Of a stretch of 58,181 nucleotides of DNA, positions 18,633 to 26,474 are shown piece by piece. The position numbers and the translations under genes were made by a program. The stretch is from a virus (lineage: Duplodnaviria; Caudoviricetes), in IMG/VR virus record IMGVR_UViG_3300043429_000067, positions 1-58,181 of that record; one strand, 5' to 3'. Positions within the stretch are counted from its first letter, which is position 1. The number at the start of each line of letters is the position of its first letter. The notes below the pieces were generated by a model that saw only the letters and a list, made by a program, of their open reading frames with translations, did no database searches and was not told the origin of the DNA.

Positions 18633-21600
18633 ATGGCACAGGCTGGACTGTCGTTCGCTAACCCGTTCATGGAAAAGACGAGTGTTGGCGAACCTGCTAA
18701 CCCCTATGCACCGTTCAGTCCTACATCATCCATCGGGATGGGTGGGCTCGGTCCTTCACTCGCTGACATGGCCGTCACCGGCCAGCAACTTATAAAGCAA
18801 AGTCAGTTCACTCTCCCTGAGTTCACCCGCCCACCCGCTGGCGCATCGATCGCATTTAGCCCGGCTGAGAAGAAAGTCTTTGTCAACGGGCTGACGTTCG
18901 ACGTAGATGATGCAACCTCCGCGCTGCAGTCTGAATCCTATATGCGTGGTCCCGGCACGGGACTCCCCAAAGGGGGCGACTGGGTTCCACTGGATGAAGG
19001 CACCTATGCACAGTATCTCGACGCCATTCGTAACCCTACTCTGGGACGCCTCGCAAGTAAGAATTTCGGGCGCGGTGTTGATGTTATGCAGTCTCTGGCT
19101 GGCCGGGCGCTGCAACTGGCGGGTGCTGAGGGACTGGGCGGTCGTATTGTCGCCGCGCAAGAGGCTGATCTGCGTAAGACAGCGCCTTATGAACGCCAGT
19201 TCACGGATATTGAATCGGGTCGCGGCGCTGTTGAGTGGCTGGTGGCTAACTTCGCACAGCAAGGACCCAACCTTATTGAATCTGTTGCGACTGCTGGACT
19301 GGGTTTCTTGGCTGGTACTGCTGTTGGCGGTCCTGCCGCTGGTGTGTCTGCTGCTTTCTCTGGCCTTCTAGGTAAGTCCGCATGGAAGGAATCCGTCAAA
19401 GCTGCACTGAAGAAGCAAGCCGCTGGTGAAGCACTGGACGCTGCAGAATCCAAGCTGATCAGGGAAGCCGCCGGTATCGCTGGCGCTGTTGCTACGTCCT
19501 ACGCACAGAATCTGGCCACGGGTGCCGCCGACATCTACGGTGAGTTGCGTGACCAAGGCGCTGATGCTGGTGATGTGGATGCTCGACTGAAGGCACTGGC
19601 AGGTTCCGTCCCGTACGCCGTCCTTGAGACACTGCCTGAATACCTGCTGGCCGGTCGTATCTTCAGCGGTATGGGTGCTCCACGGGCTATGGCTCCGGGC
19701 GCTTCGTTGGGTCGTCGTGGTGCTGAGTTGCTGCGCCGTGGCGCAGTCGGTGGTGTTGTCGGTGGTACGGCTGAAGGTGCCACGGAAGCTGGTCAGGAAG
19801 CTCTGTTGCTGGGTATATCTGGCCAAGACCTGTCCTCTCCTGAAGCCGTCAACCGGCTGATCAACTCGTTCGCTGCGGGCTTCGGCGTTGGTGGTCCGAT
19901 CGGCGCTGTGGCCAACCTGAAGGGTAAAGCTCCAGCCAACCTGTTGAACCCCGGCCAGACAACCGACCCGTCTCCTGAGCAACAGAATCCCCCGCCCGGT
20001 GGTCCGCTTGCCCCTGTGGCACCTGCGTCCCCGTTCGGCTTTACACAGCCCATGCCGCCCGCTCCGGGTGCTCCTGCTGCTCTCCCCGGTGGTGCTCCTG
20101 CTGCGCCCGCACTTGGCGCTCCTGTGACTGCTCTGCCTGCTGATCAGGCCATTATGGTGACTGGACAGGAACCGCTCCCGTCGGGTCCCGGCACTCAGGG
20201 TGTGCTGAATATCTTTGGACCTGAAGGTGTGTCGGCACAGGAGTTGGCAACCCGTATGCAGCCCCCGGCTGCTCCTGCTCCCCAGCCCGCAGCACCTGCT
20301 GCACCTACTCCGCAGCCCGGCCAAATGGCATTGCAGTTTGCCCCACCGGTACCGGGCGCAGAAGCTCCGTTCAATCCGCAGATGGCCAATCAGATGCAGG
20401 CCATCCAGCAACGCATTCAGCGGCAGCGTGAGTTCGAGATGGCTCAGGCACAGGCGGCTGCCCAGCAGCAAGCTCAGATGGATCAGATCGCACGACAGAG
20501 CCAGAACGCCCGTGATCTATACATCCTGCAGCAACAACAGGCGGCAGCCGCTGTACAGCCGTCCCCGCAACAACTTCCAAGAGTTCCTGCTACCCCGGCG
20601 GAGCCTGTGCAGTTACCGTTGTTCACACCCAAGCAAGCCCCACGTCCGTCACGTGGCGAGGGTCTGCGTAAAGGTGGCCGCGCAGCGGCGCTTCCTCCGA
20701 CTGGTGTACCGGCTGTACAACCACGTGTTGACCTGCGTCGTTCGCCACAACTTCCGCTGTTTACACAGGAAGGCCAGCCGTCGTTGGCAGCACTGCGAGC
20801 CGCAGGTGTGAAGGGCAAACTTCCAAAACCTACACTGGAGAAGGGTGCCAAGCAGATCAAGCCAACAGGCAAGGCTGTAACACCTGCCACGGTTGAGAAG
20901 GCCAAGGCAGATCGACTGGCTGCTATCAAGGCAGCTTCTGAGAAACTCAAAGCGAAGGGGAAAGAAGATGCCGCTCAAAAAGGGAAGCAGCAACAAGGTG
21001 GTGTCAGCCAACGTCAAGAAGATAATGGACGAGTACAAGGCGGGCGGCAAGCTGGGGAACAGCCCAAGGCCGAAGTCCAAAAAGGCGGCGCTGAAACAGG
21101 CCGTCGCGGCGAGCCTCTCAAGCGCGGGGCGCAGCAAGAAACCTTAACCGACAGGTTAAAAGCTCGTATTGCTAAAGGCGCTTTCGGGGGACCGACCCCA
21201 AAAAAAGTCGGGGCGGCGGTAGCCGCCGTTGAGGTCGAAGCTCTCCCACCGGCTGAAGCGTGGGAAGACATGAAGCCTGAAGGTGCACCAGCATACAACG
21301 CCCTGACACGCGCTGCCCAGCAGGAATGGGCGGGCGCACCTGCTCGTACTATGGCTTTGGCAGAGAAGCTGGCTGCTGGCGAGACAACGATCGAGGAGCG
21401 CGAGCCGACTGCCGCTGAGATACTTGCTGAGGAAATCCAAGCTGCTGAGGAAGCCACCGACATCCGGACATTCCGCGATGCTATCCAGACGGTGATGGAG
21501 TATGCGTTCTTCACCAACGAAGAAACCAACACCAAGAAACTCGTAGCCCAAGCACAAGCGTTCCTCGATAACACCCAGTTCTCACTGGAACAGATGGGCG

Positions 21601-24600
21601 CAATGGATCAGGCGTTCTTGGATGCTGCGCAGTATCGACTCACGCTGGATGCAACCTACACCCGTGGCGGTAAGAAAGACCAGCCCAAGCCGTGGTTTTC
21701 CTACGCGCTGGCACGTAACCTGCTGCCCAGTATCAAAGCCAAACTGATCAACCTGCCCGCTGTTTACAAGGCCGCTGCTCCCGCTGGCGAGAAGACGATG
21801 AAAGCTGGTGCGCCTAGCACAGCCAGCCGCATTACGAGCACACCACAGGAGTTGCTTGGTGAACTGATCAGTGATCTGATCACGCAGATTCGTGAAGTGT
21901 CCAACCTGAACGCGCCGATGAAGTTCCGTGGCGAGACGTATACCAACCTTGTTGATCTGGCCAAGCAGTTGTATGCCAAGGTGGACGCGGCTGGGAAAAA
22001 CTTCATCGTTCGTGGGTATAAACTCAGTGAGTACTTCAAGGCTGACGGCACACCCAAGACACTGAAGTCCGGTGGTCGCGTCATCATTACCAATAAGGAA
22101 CTGACTGCCGAACAGCAAGCCGAGTTGGAAAAGCAACAACGCGCCGAGAAGAAAGCAATGGCCGCCGAGCGCCGTGCCGCAGCACAGGAAGAATTCAACC
22201 GCACTGTGTCGCCCGAGGAAGATGCTTGGGACAATGACGATGGCCGCTTCTACCGTGATGATGGCAGCCCGATCAACACAACGGTGCCCATCGGTCGTGT
22301 CAAGATTCTGGTCAACAGCTTCCTGTCCAAGCTGCGCATGAAGCCAACCGTTGGTGTGTACGCCAATGTCGAAGACCTGCGCCGCCGCAACCCCAAGCTG
22401 TACGAACAGGCAGCCGCTGCTCGTGGTAATGGTGACTTCGGTACTGTCAAGGCTGCTGGCTATTCGTTCGGTAAAAACGTCCTGATCTTCACCGACTTCA
22501 TCCGTACTGAACAACAACTGAAGTTCATCCTTGCCCACGAAACACTGGGTCACTTTGGATTCAGGGGCATCATGCCAGCAGCACAACTGGACAAGGTGCT
22601 GAACCGTATCTACGAGGTTGACCCAGATGTCCGCGCCGGTGTGGACGCAATGATGCAAAGCCGTGGCCTTCCGAAGTCAGAGGCCATCGAAGAATATTTG
22701 GCAGACAACGCCGCTGATCTGGATGTGTCCATCGTGACCCGCATCTGGAATGCACTGAAGAACTTCCTGAACAAGCTGGGCATCACGTTCCAAGACGACG
22801 AGGCTCGGTACTTCATCAACCAAGCTCGCAAGTATGTGCGCCGTGGTGACACTGGTAACTACGTCAACGCCCGTACGCTTGTGGAGGATATGGAGCAACT
22901 CGATGCGGACAGAAATGATGGCCGTTACGCTACTGCTCCTATTGGTGATCTGGCTTCACGTGCATTTACTGCTGGCGCTCTGAACCGTAGGCACGGTGGT
23001 ACAGGTGGACTGGCTGGCGCAGCACAGGCATTTGTTGATGGGGTATTCGGTGCCCGGCGTAATGTGCCCGGCAAGGTTGCCTCCATCCTTGAACAGATAC
23101 AGACACTGGACAATAAGGCACGTCGTAGCTACGGCCTGAACCAGATATATCGGATGCTGGAAAAGCAACAGCAGTTCTCCCGCGCATTGCTGTCGAAGTA
23201 CCAACGCATGACTCAGTTCACCCACTCGCCTGATCTGTTTGGTCTGGGTAAAGGTGTGACAGAAGCTCAGAAAGAATCTGCTGGTGAGTTGCTGGCTCGT
23301 GCCGCCTTGCTCCGTGCGGCTGCTGCGACGGATGAAGCAATCAAGTCGTATGACTCTCTGGTATCTGTTGACGACATGGGTAATGTCACGGTCAATCCAC
23401 TGGTGCGTCAGCAGATCGAGCAAGCAGGTTTTGTTACCGCCGAGGAGTTCCGCAAGGGCTTTGACGTCGAGTACTCCAACGGTGAGAAGGTGCGCTTCCA
23501 GTTCGACGTGGACGAGAACAGCCCTGAGTGGAAGGTGTATCTGGAAACCCGTGATACGGTCAACGAAGCTGCCATCGATCTGATGCTGGCTAACTACGAA
23601 GCTGCACAGGCCGAGGGCAAACGGGTTGTTGGTGATCTGAACAACCAGCGCACTACCACCAACAAGTTTACGAACGATGATCTGGATGCTATCCGGCGTG
23701 CAGCGGAACTGTATAAGAACAAGCGGTACCAAGGTAGTGACGTGGCAAGTGCTGGTGTAGAGGTAAAGAAAGCGGCTGCCAAGGATTCGGAGGAGTTCAT
23801 CATTGCGTTCGGTCGTGCGCTGTTCAACGATGATGTGTACAAGGTGTGGGTGAAAGACCCGACCGCCAGCGCAGAGATTGCCAAGGACTTTGAGAAGTTC
23901 ATGGCTGCTGAGTACGACGATCTCCGCGCTGCCCTGCCAAGTCTGCGCTCCAAGATTCGCAACGAGAACGACTCGTTCGCTGTACAGAAGGCAGTGCGCG
24001 ATCTATTCATGTTCGACCTGCAGTCCAAGAACGCAGACTATTACGCCAAGCGTACTATCCTTGGCTCGTATGTACCGTTCGTACGCCGTGGTACTGAGCA
24101 GGTTCGATTGGTGGCAGTGGATGCAAACGGCAACACGGTTAAGCTGGACGAGAATATCCGCAGCACCCTGCCGTACTTCCACACTGACACCCGTTCCGAA
24201 GCAGAGGCTATCGCGGCTGATCTGGAGAAAGAGTTCGGTGACCAAGAGTTCACTATGCTGGACGATACCGGCGCAGAGGTTAAGGTACGCTTGATCACTG
24301 AGGTGTCGAAGAACCGACAGTCGCCTGACCTGACTGAAGCCGTGAACTTTAACGAGTTCGTGTACGTACTGAACAGGCTCAACGCCAACATTGCTCCGGA
24401 CGTACGCGAGAAGATCATCACGACACTGACCAACCAGAACAGTCGTGCTCGTCGTAACCTGCAGCGTTCCGGTACCGAGGGATGGGATAAGGATGTGATC
24501 CGCTCTGTGTCCGAGCACCTTGAGACATCTGCCCACGTAGCAGCCAAGAAACTCTATCGCCATCGACTGGACGATGTGCTGCTGGATAACCGCAACTGGC

Positions 24601-26474
24601 TGGGCGATGATCAGAAACTGAAAGACCTGAAGGATGCTGTAGCCAACGCGCAGACTGACGGTGAGCGGGCACGTGCGCAACGTGCCTACGATGAGTATGC
24701 GTACATGTACAGATACATGGCTGGTAGCACCGGCAAGCGTACTGTCACGATCGATGGCGAAGAAGTACCCACGCTGGGTCGTGGCGAAGATTATCGGGAA
24801 GAAGCCAAGCAGGTGCTGCGCTGGTACAGTGAGGCCACCAATATCACCGACTCCACTGAGGATATGCTCTCGGGTGAGGCTGGCTCTGCACTGAAACTGG
24901 CAACCGTCCTGATGCAACTCGGTGGCTCCGTGGCTACAGCGGTGATCAACTTGGCTTCGATGGCTACCCACAGTCTGCCGTACCTGTCCTACTACAACTC
25001 CAAGCGTGGCTTCGGTGGTGGATACGGTGAGTCCAAGGCTGCGTCTGCTCTGTTCCAAGCGGCTCGTGATGTGAAGAACCGCAACCTGTCCGAAGCTGCG
25101 TTCCTGAACGACATACTGCGTGAAGGTACGTACGACAGGTACAACCTGACAGAAGATGAAGCACAGTTCCTGTTCCAGCAGACTGAGGAAGGCACACTGC
25201 AAGCAGCCCAGTTCAACGCACTGGTGGGTACCGCTCGTGGCAAGGTGTTCAACAACAAGGCTCAGGCTGCGATCAAGCTCTGGATGGAGATGTTCTCCTA
25301 CACGGAACAGTTCAACCGCCGCGTAACCGCTCTGGCTGCGTACCGCTTGGAGAAGGAACGTGCACTGGCGCAGGGTCTGACCGAGGAGCAAGCCATCCGT
25401 GCTGCTACCGAAGCTGCTCGCACTGCCGTCAATACTGCTCAGGGTGAGTATGCGATGTTCAACCGCCCTGAGATGGCTCGCGGTAACGTACTGCAATACG
25501 TGTTCATGTACAAACAGTTCGTGATCGTTACAGTCCAGTTGATGCGCAGCTTGCCGGTCAAGGGTCAACTGATGATGCTGGGCTTCCTGCTGCTGACTTC
25601 TGGTCTGAAGGGTCTGCCGTTTGCAGAAGATATATTCGACATCGTTGACACCATAGCTCAAAAGCTGGGCTTGAAGATGGCCAGTGTGGAGAAGGAAATC
25701 ACTGAGTGGGTTGACAGCGTGGCTCCGGGTATGACCCCGTATCTGATGCGTGGTGTACTCGACCGGATGACTGGTGCCACGATGTCTACCCGTCTGGGTA
25801 TGGGTGATTTGGTGCCACTGACTGGTGCGTTCCGCGCTGGTGCTGACCCGGCTCGTGAAGTGTCTGACTTCGCTGGCCCTGTGTTCTCTGGTATCTCTGG
25901 TCTGGTAGGTATGGCTGGCAGCCTCGGTAAGTACGGTGCGGAAGTGATCGGTCTGCGGGATGATGTGACTACCATCAACGGTATCCTGCGTGACTCTCCG
26001 GTTGCGGCTCTACGTGCGATGGGTGACAGCTACGCTTACCTGAACAGCGGAATGATTACCAACGCTCAGGGACAAGTTGTACAGCGTGAAGCACCCTACC
26101 ACGTGATCCTTGCCCGACTGCTGGGCTTCTATCCGGCCATTGCTTCTGAGCAGAACGACATCGTGCGGCTGTCCAAGTACGTCGGTGACTATGCCAAGGC
26201 GATCAAGGCTGAGTATGTCAGTGCGTACGTCAAGGCAACACTGTCGGGTGATCGTGAACGTGCACGGGAGATTGCAGCCGCAGTGCAGGAGTGGAACCAA
26301 GGTGCTGAGGGTACGGGGCTTACTATCCGTACGTTTGAGAAAGATGCTGCACGTGCAGCCTTGGAAGCCGGTCGGCCTACAGCACTCAGGTATCTCCGTT
26401 CAGCACCCAAGCAGATGCGTCCGGAGACAATCGAGTTGCTGCAAGCCTATGGCCTGTACGACGAGATCAGGTAA
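18633..26474 (+). CDS. Giant internal virion/ejection protein (2613 aa, polyvalent-protein-like) with zincin-like motif
   Basis: Last gene of late arm; LAHETLGHFG...EEYLAD motif; Pro/Gln-rich linker. Confidence 0.7.
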   Translation: MAQAGLSFANPFMEKTSVGEPANPYAPFSPTSSIGMGGLGPSLADMAVTGQQLIKQSQFTLPEFTRPPAGASIAFSPAEKKVFVNGLTFDVDDATSALQSESYMRGPGTGLPKGGDWVPLDEGTYAQYLDAIRNPTLGRLASKNFGRGVDVMQSLAGRALQLAGAEGLGGRIVAAQEADLRKTAPYERQFTDIESGRGAVEWLVANFAQQGPNLIESVATAGLGFLAGTAVGGPAAGVSAAFSGLLGKSAWKESVKAALKKQAAGEALDAAESKLIREAAGIAGAVATSYAQNLATGAADIYGELRDQGADAGDVDARLKALAGSVPYAVLETLPEYLLAGRIFSGMGAPRAMAPGASLGRRGAELLRRGAVGGVVGGTAEGATEAGQEALLLGISGQDLSSPEAVNRLINSFAAGFGVGGPIGAVANLKGKAPANLLNPGQTTDPSPEQQNPPPGGPLAPVAPASPFGFTQPMPPAPGAPAALPGGAPAAPALGAPVTALPADQAIMVTGQEPLPSGPGTQGVLNIFGPEGVSAQELATRMQPPAAPAPQPAAPAAPTPQPGQMALQFAPPVPGAEAPFNPQMANQMQAIQQRIQRQREFEMAQAQAAAQQQAQMDQIARQSQNARDLYILQQQQAAAAVQPSPQQLPRVPATPAEPVQLPLFTPKQAPRPSRGEGLRKGGRAAALPPTGVPAVQPRVDLRRSPQLPLFTQEGQPSLAALRAAGVKGKLPKPTLEKGAKQIKPTGKAVTPATVEKAKADRLAAIKAASEKLKAKGKEDAAQKGKQQQGGVSQRQEDNGRVQGGRQAGEQPKAEVQKGGAETGRRGEPLKRGAQQETLTDRLKARIAKGAFGGPTPKKVGAAVAAVEVEALPPAEAWEDMKPEGAPAYNALTRAAQQEWAGAPARTMALAEKLAAGETTIEEREPTAAEILAEEIQAAEEATDIRTFRDAIQTVMEYAFFTNEETNTKKLVAQAQAFLDNTQFSLEQMGAMDQAFLDAAQYRLTLDATYTRGGKKDQPKPWFSYALARNLLPSIKAKLINLPAVYKAAAPAGEKTMKAGAPSTASRITSTPQELLGELISDLITQIREVSNLNAPMKFRGETYTNLVDLAKQLYAKVDAAGKNFIVRGYKLSEYFKADGTPKTLKSGGRVIITNKELTAEQQAELEKQQRAEKKAMAAERRAAAQEEFNRTVSPEEDAWDNDDGRFYRDDGSPINTTVPIGRVKILVNSFLSKLRMKPTVGVYANVEDLRRRNPKLYEQAAAARGNGDFGTVKAAGYSFGKNVLIFTDFIRTEQQLKFILAHETLGHFGFRGIMPAAQLDKVLNRIYEVDPDVRAGVDAMMQSRGLPKSEAIEEYLADNAADLDVSIVTRIWNALKNFLNKLGITFQDDEARYFINQARKYVRRGDTGNYVNARTLVEDMEQLDADRNDGRYATAPIGDLASRAFTAGALNRRHGGTGGLAGAAQAFVDGVFGARRNVPGKVASILEQIQTLDNKARRSYGLNQIYRMLEKQQQFSRALLSKYQRMTQFTHSPDLFGLGKGVTEAQKESAGELLARAALLRAAAATDEAIKSYDSLVSVDDMGNVTVNPLVRQQIEQAGFVTAEEFRKGFDVEYSNGEKVRFQFDVDENSPEWKVYLETRDTVNEAAIDLMLANYEAAQAEGKRVVGDLNNQRTTTNKFTNDDLDAIRRAAELYKNKRYQGSDVASAGVEVKKAAAKDSEEFIIAFGRALFNDDVYKVWVKDPTASAEIAKDFEKFMAAEYDDLRAALPSLRSKIRNENDSFAVQKAVRDLFMFDLQSKNADYYAKRTILGSYVPFVRRGTEQVRLVAVDANGNTVKLDENIRSTLPYFHTDTRSEAEAIAADLEKEFGDQEFTMLDDTGAEVKVRLITEVSKNRQSPDLTEAVNFNEFVYVLNRLNANIAPDVREKIITTLTNQNSRARRNLQRSGTEGWDKDVIRSVSEHLETSAHVAAKKLYRHRLDDVLLDNRNWLGDDQKLKDLKDAVANAQTDGERARAQRAYDEYAYMYRYMAGSTGKRTVTIDGEEVPTLGRGEDYREEAKQVLRWYSEATNITDSTEDMLSGEAGSALKLATVLMQLGGSVATAVINLASMATHSLPYLSYYNSKRGFGGGYGESKAASALFQAARDVKNRNLSEAAFLNDILREGTYDRYNLTEDEAQFLFQQTEEGTLQAAQFNALVGTARGKVFNNKAQAAIKLWMEMFSYTEQFNRRVTALAAYRLEKERALAQGLTEEQAIRAATEAARTAVNTAQGEYAMFNRPEMARGNVLQYVFMYKQFVIVTVQLMRSLPVKGQLMMLGFLLLTSGLKGLPFAEDIFDIVDTIAQKLGLKMASVEKEITEWVDSVAPGMTPYLMRGVLDRMTGATMSTRLGMGDLVPLTGAFRAGADPAREVSDFAGPVFSGISGLVGMAGSLGKYGAEVIGLRDDVTTINGILRDSPVAALRAMGDSYAYLNSGMITNAQGQVVQREAPYHVILARLLGFYPAIASEQNDIVRLSKYVGDYAKAIKAEYVSAYVKATLSGDRERAREIAAAVQEWNQGAEGTGLTIRTFEKDAARAALEAGRPTALRYLRSAPKQMRPETIELLQAYGLYDEIR
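20968..21147 (+). CDS. Nested small basic protein (59 aa) in +1 frame of giant gene
   Basis: GAAGGGG upstream of ATG; MPLKKGSSNKVVSANVKKIM...KQAVAASLSSAGRSKKP resembles a widespread stand-alone phage peptide family. Confidence 0.6.
   Translation: MPLKKGSSNKVVSANVKKIMDEYKAGGKLGNSPRPKSKKAALKQAVAASLSSAGRSKKP
21186..21232 (+). promoter_or_regulatory. Candidate -1 ribosomal frameshift signal
   Basis: GGGGGA, A7 run (A_AAA_AAA in frame), 5-nt spacer, GGCGGC-ggta-GCCGCC hairpin, TGA in -1 frame at 21230. Confidence 0.5.

Noticed and set aside
21201-21207. A_AAA_AAG shift fusing the nested +1 ORF to the giant protein C-terminus
   Set aside because: The +1 frame has TAA stops at 21145 and 21157 before the slippery site
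24003-25661. 552-aa antisense ORF (also 21582..22658, 19368..20471, 53498..54388)
   Set aside because: Shadow ORFs expected from codon bias of the sense genes; no motifs or RBS
18633-26474. N4-like virion RNA polymerase using the GCAA hairpins as promoters
   Set aside because: No recognisable single-subunit RNAP catalytic motifs; the hairpins follow stop codons as RNA elements would
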